A DNA stretch of 38,486 nucleotides from an uncultured Methanosarcinales archaeon (GCA_964645415.1 CAZXZL010000003.1:4124-42609); one strand, 5' to 3'; shown: positions 1-9,307, counted from the stretch's first letter. The notes: generated by a model not told the origin, from the letters alone. Program-made: numbers and translations.

Positions 1-18
1 TAATAATAATAATAATAA
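1..18. repeat. (TAA)6 microsatellite at window edge
   Basis: Six perfect taa units read directly at positions 1-18. It is truncated by the window start. Confidence 0.6.
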
Positions 19-198
19 ATATTTATTAGATTATTTTTTTGAATTTTATAATAAAAGAGACAATTTTGAAAATTTTCTAAAATCTTCTTGGAGTTTTATT
101 AAGAAGAATCAAAATTTAATTATTAATACTTAATTTTTAGGTTTTAACCTAAATATTGATATTAATTTAAATAGTTCTTACTTGAATTAGTTAATACA

Positions 199-1020
199 AT
201 GGAAAAAAAAGATATAATATTAATTTTAATTGTTGTTTTTATTTTTAGTGTTGCTTATACAATGAGCACTATGGAAAGAAATGGTGAAAAAGTATGTTAT
301 GATTTATATTCTCCTGTTTGTGGTGTTGATGGGAATACATATGGTAATGATTGTTATGCTGAAAGAGAAGGTGTTGAAATTGCTTATGAAGGAGAATGTA
401 ATTCTAAAGAAGAAATATCTTTAAAAGATTCTTATGGTAATAAAGTTCCAAAAGACTGTGTAAACTGGTTTGATGGATGTAATAATTGTAGAGTTTCTGA
501 AGATGGAAAATTAGCTTGTACTTTAATGTATTGTGATGAGAATATGTTGTCTGAACCAGAATGTAAATTATATGAAGATGAAGTTAAAGATGTAAATGAA
601 GTTGAAGAAACAGATATAATTAAAGAAGAATTAAATGAGAGTGAATTCAAAGAGAATGAAACTTCATTTTGTCCAGCTGTTTATGCTCCTGTTTGTGGTG
701 TTGATGGAAATACTTATGGGAATGATTGTGAAGCAAATGTAAACGATGTTGAAATTGCTTATTCTGGTGAGTGTAGTAATTCAAATGATAATAATTTTGA
801 ATCTAATCAAGAAGAAAATTTAAGTATTGATTCACCAAAGGACTATTGTGAGAAAAATGATGGGAATTGGGTTGATGATTATAATGAATGTGAAATGATA
901 TCTTTAGAAACTTGTGAGAATTTAGGTGGAGATTTTTTTGAGTGTGGGTCTGCTTGTAGACATGAAGAAGGTGAAAATATTCCTTGTACATTACAATGTG
1001 TCCCTTATTGTAAAGTATAA
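199..1020 (+). CDS. Secreted or membrane-anchored Cys-rich protein with two Kazal-type protease-inhibitor-like domains
   Basis: 273-aa ORF with an N-terminal hydrophobic anchor (ILILIVVFIFSVAY). It has two modules of the form C..PVCGVDGNTYGNDC..(12 aa)..GEC, typical of Kazal/follistatin-type domains. Nt 313-354 and 688-729 differ at only 3 of 42 positions. Extra Cys-rich modules are present (CVNWFDGCNNC, and a C-terminal run of about 8 Cys). Confidence 0.7.
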   Translation: MEKKDIILILIVVFIFSVAYTMSTMERNGEKVCYDLYSPVCGVDGNTYGNDCYAEREGVEIAYEGECNSKEEISLKDSYGNKVPKDCVNWFDGCNNCRVSEDGKLACTLMYCDENMLSEPECKLYEDEVKDVNEVEETDIIKEELNESEFKENETSFCPAVYAPVCGVDGNTYGNDCEANVNDVEIAYSGECSNSNDNNFESNQEENLSIDSPKDYCEKNDGNWVDDYNECEMISLETCENLGGDFFECGSACRHEEGENIPCTLQCVPYCKV

Positions 1021-1117
1021 TTTTTTCTTTTTTTTTTTTATTTAATTTCTTTATCTTTCTTTTTTATTTACTCTCTTTAGAAAAATATATTAACTTAGAA
1101 TAAAAATTTATTTTATT

Positions 1118-1384
1118 ATGTGGTATATCTATTTATTAAGATTGAAAGATAATTCTCTTTATACAGGGATAACCAAAGACATCGAGAATCGTATTGAAAC
1201 TCATCGTTCTGGAAAAGGTAGTAAATATGTAAGGAGTAGATTACCTTGTAAATTAGTTTATAAAGAAAAAGTTAAAAATAAAAGTTTAGCATTAAAAAGG
1301 GAATTAGAAATAAAAAGTTGGTCTAAATCCAAAAAAGAAAAATTGGTTTTTGATTACAAAAAGAAAAATACTCAAAAAAATTAA
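1118..1384 (+). CDS. GIY-YIG domain protein (UPF0213/YhbQ-like small nuclease-family protein)
   Basis: 88 aa. The N-terminus YIYLLRLKDNSLYTGITKDIENRIETHRSGKGSKY matches the GIY-YIG motif pattern. Confidence 0.8.
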   Translation: MWYIYLLRLKDNSLYTGITKDIENRIETHRSGKGSKYVRSRLPCKLVYKEKVKNKSLALKRELEIKSWSKSKKEKLVFDYKKKNTQKN

Positions 1385-1399
1385 TTATATTTTATAAAA

Positions 1400-1471
1400 C
1401 GCCCAAGCCGGGATTTGAACCCGGGGCACAAGCTCCGCAGGCTTGTATTTTATCCACTAAACTACAAGGGC
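1400..1471 (-). tRNA. tRNA-Arg (anticodon GCG) with two U-U mismatches in the acceptor stem
   Basis: The reverse complement folds as a cloverleaf. D arm is GTTT/AAAT. Anticodon stem is CAAGC/GCTTG with loop CTGCGGA. T arm is CCGGG-TTCAAAT-CCCGG. The acceptor GCCCUUG/CUUGGGC has mismatches at 5:68 and 6:67. It is a GC-rich island in AT-rich DNA. Confidence 0.7.
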
Positions 1472-2166
1472 TAAGAAGCAATGAAACTGAATTCATCATT
1501 TATCTGATTTTCATTAGATTGATAATGTATTGATTTTGAAATTATGTCATAAATTCCTTTTTCATGTCCTGCACCAACAACTGCTAATACATTTTCTTTT
1601 GTTCTCATTAATTTAAGTAGTCTTTCAGCCATATATTGGTTTCTCTCTTCAACCATGACTTTATATACTTTTGGAAAACGTTCTTTTGTTTCTTTTAATA
1701 ATCTCTCTAATGTTTCTTCATCTGGAACTGACTTAAGGTCAATATTATATTTTTTTGTTGTTCTTGTAAATATACTTTTTACTATGTCTTTAAATGTTAA
1801 AACATTTTTTAATCTATTTATTGTTATATTTATTGGTTGATCAATTAAAGAAATTCTTTTTTTATAATCTAATGATGTTTTAATTGCATCTTTGAACTCT
1901 TTACCAGGTGAAACACCCACTTTTTTCCCCATATGTTTTTGAATTTTATGGAGTACAAATGCAACAGTCCCTCCAAATATACCTATTTGTCTAATCATTT
2001 GAAAAAAACTCGGCCTCTCTCCTCTTAAAATCCCTACAAATCTATTATTGTCTAATTCTAAAGCTACAATATCTGCATATTCTTTTATCTCTTTTACTAC
2101 TTCATCAGCTGACTCTTTAGAAATATGAGATGTGCCAATAATTTTTAAATTTTTTATTTCTTTCAT
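1471..2166 (-). CDS. TraB/PrgY-family protein
   Basis: 231 aa. N-terminal LKIIGTSHISKESADEV..IVALELD and C-terminal VVGAGHEKGI match the TraB-family hallmark pattern (GTxHxS ... GAGH). Confidence 0.7.
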   Translation of the reverse strand: MKEIKNLKIIGTSHISKESADEVVKEIKEYADIVALELDNNRFVGILRGERPSFFQMIRQIGIFGGTVAFVLHKIQKHMGKKVGVSPGKEFKDAIKTSLDYKKRISLIDQPINITINRLKNVLTFKDIVKSIFTRTTKKYNIDLKSVPDEETLERLLKETKERFPKVYKVMVEERNQYMAERLLKLMRTKENVLAVVGAGHEKGIYDIISKSIHYQSNENQINDEFSFIAS

Positions 2167-2184
2167 AAATATCTTTCCTTAAAA

Positions 2185-2499
2185 TTATTCTAAAAGATAT
2201 AATCTTTTTTCTTCAATAGTTTTATAATTATAATATTTTTCAATTAGAATTGAATCATTAAAAATTTTAAATTTTGATGTTTTATAATTAAAATCGAATT
2301 CATGTTCTTCAAATTTTATTTTCACAAAGTCGTTTTTAATACTCAATTTTTTATATTTATCAAACCCTTTAACATTCCAAAGATCATCTTTATTTGATTT
2401 ATAATATATTAAAACATTTGATTTTTCTTCTAATGTATTTTCTATATCTTTAATAATAGTTTCTTCATCTTCAGAAATTATTTTTTCTAATTCATTCAT
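2185..2499 (-). CDS. Hypothetical protein (acidic/lysine-rich, no recognisable motif)
   Basis: 104-aa ORF lying 19 nt upstream of the TraB-like gene on the same strand. It is called on ORF length and operon context only. Confidence 0.45.
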   Translation of the reverse strand: MNELEKIISEDEETIIKDIENTLEEKSNVLIYYKSNKDDLWNVKGFDKYKKLSIKNDFVKIKFEEHEFDFNYKTSKFKIFNDSILIEKYYNYKTIEEKRLYLLE

Positions 2500-2644
2500 T
2501 GTTTTTTTTAAACTATGTTTTTATATAAATGTAACGTTGTTATGTGTTTTTCTAATATAAAGATAATAATTTTAGAATCATAATATTTAAATAATCACAT
2601 ATTACTTTTAGTAATAACCCCGACTTAATTGAGGTTTTTCTATT

Positions 2645-4975
2645 ATGGCATTATTTGGTGGTCCAACAGAAAAGGAAGCAGGTGAATATGAAGTTCTTAG
2701 AGAAAGTGATGAAGTTAAAATTTATGTACATTGTGATAAGTGTCCTAGGAGTCCTTCATTAGAAGATGATAAGGTTTGTATGTCAGAAACTTTTGATAAA
2801 TTATTAGAAGTTCCTGAAGCAACTAAATTAGTTTTTCATCAAGGTAGAGATTATGAATATGATGAAAAACAAACGGCAATGCTTTCTGAATTTGCATCTC
2901 TTTATAACAAGTTTATGAAAGATAAAGAGAGATTTGGTTATGATAATTTTAAAGCACCTGGAAAATATGGGAAGTACATGGATTCTGGATATAATAAAAT
3001 AAAAAATGATATTTTTAAATTAATGAAGGAAGATCCAATCGGGGCTTTTGTTGAAACTAAAAGAGAAATTAGAAGACAGAAAATATTTTTAGATAAAACT
3101 GTTGATATAGAATATGAAGATTATGTTAATCGTTATATCTCTGTTTTAGAATATATGGTAGACGAAATGAAAAAAACAAAATTAATTGTTGTTTCTAAGC
3201 CATATATCATGGGTTATGAAATAGGTAATAGAGAGGTATATCGAAATTACTTATTTCATCCTAGAATTAAGCCTGATTTTATGCATACAAAAGTAATGAC
3301 CAGTTATCCTACTGAAGGTTATGAAGTTGATAGTTATGAAGTCTTTGGAACAGATGTTACTATTTTTGAATTTGAAGATAAAGTACAAACACTTTATCAT
3401 ATGATCCCTCCTGAATTTAAACTTTCTGAAGAACAATATGAACTTTTAGAATTAGCAAGAAGTATTTTATCTGAACATGAACCTGAACAATCTGATTTTG
3501 TAGATCCAAAAAGGATGAGGAGTATTTTTAAGACAGTTGGTAAAGAGTTACTAATGGAACTTGTTTCATATAGGGAAACAGATATGTCTGAAGAAGATTT
3601 AGATAGTATGGCATCAATATTAGTAAGGTATACTGTTGGTTTTGGTCTTGTTGAAGTTCTTTTATCTGATGAAAAAATGCAGGATGTAAATATTAATAGT
3701 CCTTATGGTTCAACTCCTGTTTTTATTGTACATGGAGATCATGGTGATTGTATTACTAATGTTTATCCTACAAAAGCTGAATCTGAATCTTGGGCAGGTA
3801 AACTTAGAATGCTTTCAGGAAGACCTCTTGATGAATCTAACCAGATTTTAGATACTCAAATAGAATTACCTAATGCTTCTGTCAGAGTATCTTCAATTAC
3901 TAAGCCTTTGGATCCAACAGGTCTTGCTTTTTCATTTAGAAGACATAGAAGTGATCCTTGGACACTTCCTTTATTTATTCATGTTAAAACTATTAATGGA
4001 TTAGCTGCTGGTCTTTTAAGTTTTTTAATAGATGGAACGAGAACATTTTTAATTTGTGGAACAAGGAGTTCTGGAAAATCATCTTTTTTAGGTGGTATGA
4101 TTGTAGAAATCATGAGACGTTACAGAATTATTACTTTAGAAGACACTCTTGAATTACCAACAGACTCTCTTAGGGAAATGGGTTTTAATATACAACCAAT
4201 GAAAGTTGCAAGTTCTTTGGTAAAATCCGGAAATGAGATGAGTGCTTCTAATGGAATTCGTTCTACATTAAGATTAGGTGATTCTTCTTTAATCGTTGGA
4301 GAGGTCAGGAGTAAGGAGGCTATTGCTCTTTATGAAGCAATGCGTGTTGGTGCTGCAGCTAATGTTGTTGCTGGAACAATTCATGGTGACTCACCTTATG
4401 GTATATATGATCGTCTTGTAAATGATATTGGTTTACCAAAAACATCTTTTAAAGCTACCGATATAATTATTATTACTAATCCAATTAAAGCAGCAGATGG
4501 TATTCATAAAAAAAGGAGAGTTTTACAGATTACTGAGGTTAGGAAGAGATGGGAAAATGATCCAATGAATGAAGGAGCTTTTGTTGATTTAATGAAATAT
4601 AATCCTGAAACTGATGAACTTGAGCCAACAGATGCTCTTTTAAATGGAGATTCTATGATTATAAAAGATATTGCTGGTAAAATTACTGATTTTGTAGGAG
4701 AGTGGGATTTAGTTTGGGAAAATATTAAGATGAGAGGAAAAATGAAACAACATCTTGTTGATGTTGCCCATGAAACAGGAGATATGGATTTATTAGAAGC
4801 TGATTTCGTAATAAAATCTAATGATAAAATGCATCGTTTAATTGAAAAAGTAAGAAAAGATTTAGGTGAAATTGATCATGATGAGATCTTTTTTAGATGG
4901 AAAGAATGGCTTAATTATCAATTAAAAAAGAGAAAGAATAAAAAAACTGATTATTACGGTTTATCTAGTAATTAA
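2645..4975 (+). CDS. Type II/IV secretion-family ATPase, archaeal FlaI(ArlI)/PilB-like, with a long N-terminal extension
   Basis: 776 aa. Walker A is CGTRSSGKSS and the Walker B-like motif is SSLIVGEVR, followed by EAMRVG..AGTIHG, as in GspE/VirB11/FlaI ATPases. A GAGGT Shine-Dalgarno lies about 9 nt upstream. The gene is followed 4 nt later by a polytopic platform-like gene. Confidence 0.85.
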   Translation: MALFGGPTEKEAGEYEVLRESDEVKIYVHCDKCPRSPSLEDDKVCMSETFDKLLEVPEATKLVFHQGRDYEYDEKQTAMLSEFASLYNKFMKDKERFGYDNFKAPGKYGKYMDSGYNKIKNDIFKLMKEDPIGAFVETKREIRRQKIFLDKTVDIEYEDYVNRYISVLEYMVDEMKKTKLIVVSKPYIMGYEIGNREVYRNYLFHPRIKPDFMHTKVMTSYPTEGYEVDSYEVFGTDVTIFEFEDKVQTLYHMIPPEFKLSEEQYELLELARSILSEHEPEQSDFVDPKRMRSIFKTVGKELLMELVSYRETDMSEEDLDSMASILVRYTVGFGLVEVLLSDEKMQDVNINSPYGSTPVFIVHGDHGDCITNVYPTKAESESWAGKLRMLSGRPLDESNQILDTQIELPNASVRVSSITKPLDPTGLAFSFRRHRSDPWTLPLFIHVKTINGLAAGLLSFLIDGTRTFLICGTRSSGKSSFLGGMIVEIMRRYRIITLEDTLELPTDSLREMGFNIQPMKVASSLVKSGNEMSASNGIRSTLRLGDSSLIVGEVRSKEAIALYEAMRVGAAANVVAGTIHGDSPYGIYDRLVNDIGLPKTSFKATDIIIITNPIKAADGIHKKRRVLQITEVRKRWENDPMNEGAFVDLMKYNPETDELEPTDALLNGDSMIIKDIAGKITDFVGEWDLVWENIKMRGKMKQHLVDVAHETGDMDLLEADFVIKSNDKMHRLIEKVRKDLGEIDHDEIFFRWKEWLNYQLKKRKNKKTDYYGLSSN

Positions 4976-4978
4976 ATT

Positions 4979-7177
4979 ATGAATTTTAACGAAAAACAAG
5001 TTAAGGAATTAGCAAACAAATATCAATCACGTTTAAGTAATTTAGAGACAAATAAGAATAATAAAAATAATAACAATAAAAAACCAAAAAAAAATAACTT
5101 ACAAACTAATGATTTTGTTAATTCAAAAGATTATTTGGAATTTAAAAAACAATTTTTACCTCCTGAATTATCTAGATATGAACAGTTATGTAAAAAATTT
5201 GGAGGTTTGTTTGAAGTTAATCCTCCTCATGATGAGAAAATAAAACTAGAAGAATCTATCTCTTATGCTCATCTAAATATTACTCCTCAAGAAGCTCTTA
5301 GTTTTTCTTATATTTTTCCTATTGTTTTTATGATTGTAAGTTCAATTTCATCTTTTTTTATTTTTTTTATTTTAACAGGTGGTGAAACATCTCTTTTTTT
5401 CCCATTAGTTTCTGTTTTAATTGGTCTATTTTTAATGAATGTTTTAAGTGATTTACCTCATTTACTTTCTGAACAAATGATTATGAAGGCAGGAAGTTCT
5501 ATGATTCAAGCAGTTTTCTATGTTGTTACTTTTATGAGAAGCTCTTCTAATTTAGAATTAGCAATTAATTTTGCTGCAGACCATCTTCCTTCTCCACTAT
5601 CATTAGATTTTAAAAAAGTATTGTGGGATGTTGAAAATGGAAAATTTAGTACTGTAAAAGAATCTTTAGATGATTATCTTGTTAAGTGGAGAGGAAAATC
5701 TGATGATTTTATTGAAGCGATGCATATGATAGAATCTTCTCTTTATGAAGGTACTGAAGAAAGAAGACTTGAAATATTAGATAAATCTTTACAGTTAATT
5801 TTAGATGGAAACTATAATCAGATGCTTCGTTTTGCTAGAGAATTAAAAGGTCCAGTTGCAATGCTTAATATGATGGGTGTTGTACTTCCTGTTTTAGGAT
5901 TAGTCATTTTACCAATGGTTGTTAGTTTCATGGATGCAGTTAGATGGTTTCATATATCTACTCTTTATAATTTATTACTTCCTGCTGGAATTGCTTATTA
6001 TTCAAGAAAGATTCTTTTGAAAAGACCTGCTGCTTCAACTGGAAATTCTGACATTAATGTTCCTGTAAATGCCGAAAGTAACTTTTCTTTTGCGGGGATG
6101 AGTTTTACTTTAACTCCGATTGTTATTGCTTTAATAATAGGAAGTATTTTTATTTTGATTGGTTTTTCTCCTCTTTTTATGAATGCTGTTGGTATGCCTG
6201 ATATTACTTTTTCTGCAGAGTATAATATTCAATTTTTAGATTTTCAAATAGATGAAAGTGGTGAAGAAGTTGGACCTTATGGTCTTGGAGCAACTTTAAT
6301 TAGTTTATCTGCTGTAATTGGTGTTGGAATAATAGTTGGTTTAAGTAAAAAATTAAAGTCTGAAAAGCCCTATAATATGGTCCAAAAAGTTAAAAAACTG
6401 GAAGATGAGTTTTCCTCTTCAATTTATCAGCTTGCAAATAGACTTGGCGAAGGAATGCCACTTGAAAAGGCTTTTCAATCAGTTATTTCTTCTTCAAAAG
6501 GCTCTGCTACAGAGGAGTTTTATTCTAAAATAAATGATAACATTCGAAGACTTGGTATGAGTGTTGATCAAGCACTTTATGATCCTGAAAATGGTGCATT
6601 AAAAGATTATCCTTCTCCTTTAATGCATTCTACTATGAAAATATTAATTGAAAGTATAAAAAAAGGTCCAAGAATTGCTTCTAAATCTCTAATTCACATT
6701 TCTGAATATTCAGAGAGTATAAAAAGAGTTAATGAAAGATTGAAAGATTTAATGGCAGAAGTAATCTCTTCAATTAGGTCTCAAATGTCTATGATGGCTC
6801 CAGTAATTTCAGGTATTGTTGTAGGTATTACTTCTATGATTATATCTATTATTGGAAGGATTCAAGATGAAGTTGGAGAGATTGCTACTGAATCTGGTGG
6901 AGGCGCTGCTGGAGGAGCAGGAATGGGTCTCATGGATGCATTTCAACGAGGTGTTCCAGCATATTATTTTCAAATAGTAATTGGAATATACGTTATTACA
7001 TTAATTGCTATTCTTTCTAAACTAGTTGTTGAGTTAGAGAATGGTCCAGATGATGTTTTAGAAAATTTTGAACAGGCAAAAAATGTTATTAGAGGTACTA
7101 TGATTTATTCAGTTGTTTCTTTCTTTACAACACTTGGATTTAATATTATGGCGGCAATTATAATTACAACAATCTAA
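4979..7177 (+). CDS. FlaJ(ArlJ)/TadC-like type IV pilus platform membrane protein (T2SS-F-like, two cytoplasmic domains)
   Basis: 732 aa and polytopic. Two soluble helical segments lie between TM blocks (..ELAINFAADHLPSPLSLDFKKVLWDVENGKF.. and ..SSSIYQLANRLGEGMPLEKAFQSVI..), resembling the duplicated T2SS-F domain. The position directly after the ATPase supports the call. Confidence 0.65.
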   Translation: MNFNEKQVKELANKYQSRLSNLETNKNNKNNNNKKPKKNNLQTNDFVNSKDYLEFKKQFLPPELSRYEQLCKKFGGLFEVNPPHDEKIKLEESISYAHLNITPQEALSFSYIFPIVFMIVSSISSFFIFFILTGGETSLFFPLVSVLIGLFLMNVLSDLPHLLSEQMIMKAGSSMIQAVFYVVTFMRSSSNLELAINFAADHLPSPLSLDFKKVLWDVENGKFSTVKESLDDYLVKWRGKSDDFIEAMHMIESSLYEGTEERRLEILDKSLQLILDGNYNQMLRFARELKGPVAMLNMMGVVLPVLGLVILPMVVSFMDAVRWFHISTLYNLLLPAGIAYYSRKILLKRPAASTGNSDINVPVNAESNFSFAGMSFTLTPIVIALIIGSIFILIGFSPLFMNAVGMPDITFSAEYNIQFLDFQIDESGEEVGPYGLGATLISLSAVIGVGIIVGLSKKLKSEKPYNMVQKVKKLEDEFSSSIYQLANRLGEGMPLEKAFQSVISSSKGSATEEFYSKINDNIRRLGMSVDQALYDPENGALKDYPSPLMHSTMKILIESIKKGPRIASKSLIHISEYSESIKRVNERLKDLMAEVISSIRSQMSMMAPVISGIVVGITSMIISIIGRIQDEVGEIATESGGGAAGGAGMGLMDAFQRGVPAYYFQIVIGIYVITLIAILSKLVVELENGPDDVLENFEQAKNVIRGTMIYSVVSFFTTLGFNIMAAIIITTI

Positions 7178-7179
7178 AA

Positions 7180-8052
7180 ATGGTAATCGAATCAATCATA
7201 AAACCAAGAAATGCAATTAATAATCCACATAAAGTGATTTTATATACTTTTTCAGTATCTATACTTGCAATTATACTTTCTTATAATGTTTTTTATGATT
7301 TTTCATCTATTGCTTCTCTTGCTTTTATTGTTATAGGACTTCTACCTTTTATCAATAATATTTTGAAGATAGAAGAAGAGATAGACATGACTCTTGAAAA
7401 TGAAAATGAAATGATTAAACATCATAGAAAAGTTATTACTCTTTTTTTATATATGTTTATTGCAATAACTATGGCTTATTTAATTTTTTATTTAATAATG
7501 CCGACAAATGTAGTTGAAACTCTTTTTAATTATCAAATTCAAACAATTAATCAAGTTAATTCTCCTTCTGGTTCTGAAACTATTGTTGCTAATGTTATAT
7601 CAAATAATCCTTTTTTCATAATTTTATTAAACAATCTTAGGGTTATGTTATTTTGTATTGTATTTTCTTTTTTATATTCTTCAGGTGCTATATTCTTTTT
7701 AAGTTGGACTGCTTCTTTAATGGCAGCAGCTATCGGATCCTTTATTAGATCAGGAGTATCTTCGTTATTAGTTCAATTTGAATCACTATCTGGAATTCAT
7801 TATGTTCAAGTATTATCAATTGGCGTTTTAAGATATTTTATTCATGGTATTTTTGAAATAACTGCTTACCTCTTTGCTGCATTAGCAGGAGGAATAATCT
7901 CTTATGCTGTAATAAATCATCATTATCAATCAAAAAAATTTAATGAGATATTACTTGATTCATTTGATTTAATTATTCTTTCAGTAATATTTTTAATATT
8001 AGGTTCTTTAATAGAAGTGTATATTTCTCCTTTGATTGGAGGATTTATATGA
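7180..8052 (+). CDS. SpoIIM-family (DUF95-like) integral membrane protein
   Basis: 290 aa and multi-TM. The motif YFIHGIFEITAYLFAALAGG resembles the conserved HGxxElxA motif of the stage II sporulation protein M family. The start lies 3 nt after the platform gene. Confidence 0.55.
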   Translation: MVIESIIKPRNAINNPHKVILYTFSVSILAIILSYNVFYDFSSIASLAFIVIGLLPFINNILKIEEEIDMTLENENEMIKHHRKVITLFLYMFIAITMAYLIFYLIMPTNVVETLFNYQIQTINQVNSPSGSETIVANVISNNPFFIILLNNLRVMLFCIVFSFLYSSGAIFFLSWTASLMAAAIGSFIRSGVSSLLVQFESLSGIHYVQVLSIGVLRYFIHGIFEITAYLFAALAGGIISYAVINHHYQSKKFNEILLDSFDLIILSVIFLILGSLIEVYISPLIGGFI

Positions 8053-8055
8053 GGA

Positions 8056-8415
8056 ATGATTTTAATGTATAAAATGGTTGTTGTTGTTAGGAAAGATCTT
8101 AAAATGTCAAAAGGTAAATTATGTTCACAGGTATCTCATGCTGTCCTAAAATGTGGATTAAAATCAAAAAAACAAAAAAGTAAGATTTTTTCAATCTGGG
8201 AAAAAGAGGGCTCAAAAAAAATAATATTAAAAGTGAATTCATTAGAAGAATTAATTTCATTAAAAAATGATTTAGATTCTAACAATATTATTAACTCTTT
8301 AATTAAAGATGCAGGAAAGACTTTTTTTGATGAACCTACTATTACGGTTTTAGCTGCTGGGCCTGATTCTGAAGAAAGATTAAATAATTTTTTTGGAGAT
8401 TTAAAATTACTTTAG
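8056..8415 (+). CDS. pth2: Peptidyl-tRNA hydrolase, archaeal/eukaryotic type (Pth2)
   Basis: MVVVVRKDLKMSKGKLCSQVSHA... and ...TVLAAGP match the Pth2 pattern. The true start may be ATG 8065 or 8074, because a GAGGA site sits at 8051-8055. Confidence 0.85.
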   Translation: MILMYKMVVVVRKDLKMSKGKLCSQVSHAVLKCGLKSKKQKSKIFSIWEKEGSKKIILKVNSLEELISLKNDLDSNNIINSLIKDAGKTFFDEPTITVLAAGPDSEERLNNFFGDLKLL

Positions 8416-8416
8416 A

Positions 8417-9307
8417 ATGATATTTAAAAAGAAATCACGGAAAGAGAAGAAGAAAAAGAAACGAAAAAAAAGATACAAAAAAAATAAACATGATAAAAAG
8501 AGAAAAAAAGAAAAAAGATTTGAGCATTCTGGATTATATGATTTTTTAGTTTATCTTAAATTTTTAATTCAAATCATTTACTTTCCTATTCAATTAATAT
8601 TTTTTTTTCTTCGTTTAATTAATTTAAAACAATTAATATCTTCATTAGATTCTATAAAAGATTATATTAAAGGTTCAAAGTATACTTTTATAATAGCTTT
8701 CCTACTAATTATTACAACTTTTTTTGGTTTTTTTATTTATAATTATAACACATCTATCTATGAAAATCACTTAGTTAATAGTATTGAAAATTTTCAATCA
8801 GGAAGATTTCATTCATTAGTTACTTCTATTTTTATACATGGGTCTATCTATCACATGATTTCTAATATTCTAGCTTTAATCTTTTTTGGAAGGATGGTTG
8901 AAAGAAGATTGAAATCAAAGTTTATTTTAATCTTTTTTCTTTCTGGCATCTTTTCTAATTTATTACGAATCTTTATAACTAGTTCAGATGTTGGATCAAT
9001 TGGTGCTAGTGGTGCTATTGCAGCTCTTATCCCTATTGCCGTAATTTCTAATCCTATGTCTATTACTTTCTTCTTTCCTATGCCTATTACAACTATGGGG
9101 TTTGCAATCCTTTGGGTAATAAATGAATTTGCAGCATTGTCACTTTCAAATAATATTGCAAATGATGTTCATATCTTTGGATTCTCTTTAGGTTTCATTT
9201 TTGGTTTAATTTTTATTCGAAATGCATTTTATAAATTATTAGTGGGTATTATTGCTAACTTAATATTAGGGGTAATTCTTTATTATTTAGGTATAAGTTT
9301 TTTATAA
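8417..9307 (+). CDS. Rhomboid-family intramembrane serine protease with a poly-lysine N-terminus
   Basis: Rhomboid hallmarks are present: FIHGSIYHMISNILALIFFG (HxxxN) and GASGAIAAL (GxSG), in a six-or-more-TM protein. The first roughly 35 aa are almost entirely K/R. Confidence 0.8.
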   Translation: MIFKKKSRKEKKKKKRKKRYKKNKHDKKRKKEKRFEHSGLYDFLVYLKFLIQIIYFPIQLIFFFLRLINLKQLISSLDSIKDYIKGSKYTFIIAFLLIITTFFGFFIYNYNTSIYENHLVNSIENFQSGRFHSLVTSIFIHGSIYHMISNILALIFFGRMVERRLKSKFILIFFLSGIFSNLLRIFITSSDVGSIGASGAIAALIPIAVISNPMSITFFFPMPITTMGFAILWVINEFAALSLSNNIANDVHIFGFSLGFIFGLIFIRNAFYKLLVGIIANLILGVILYYLGISFL

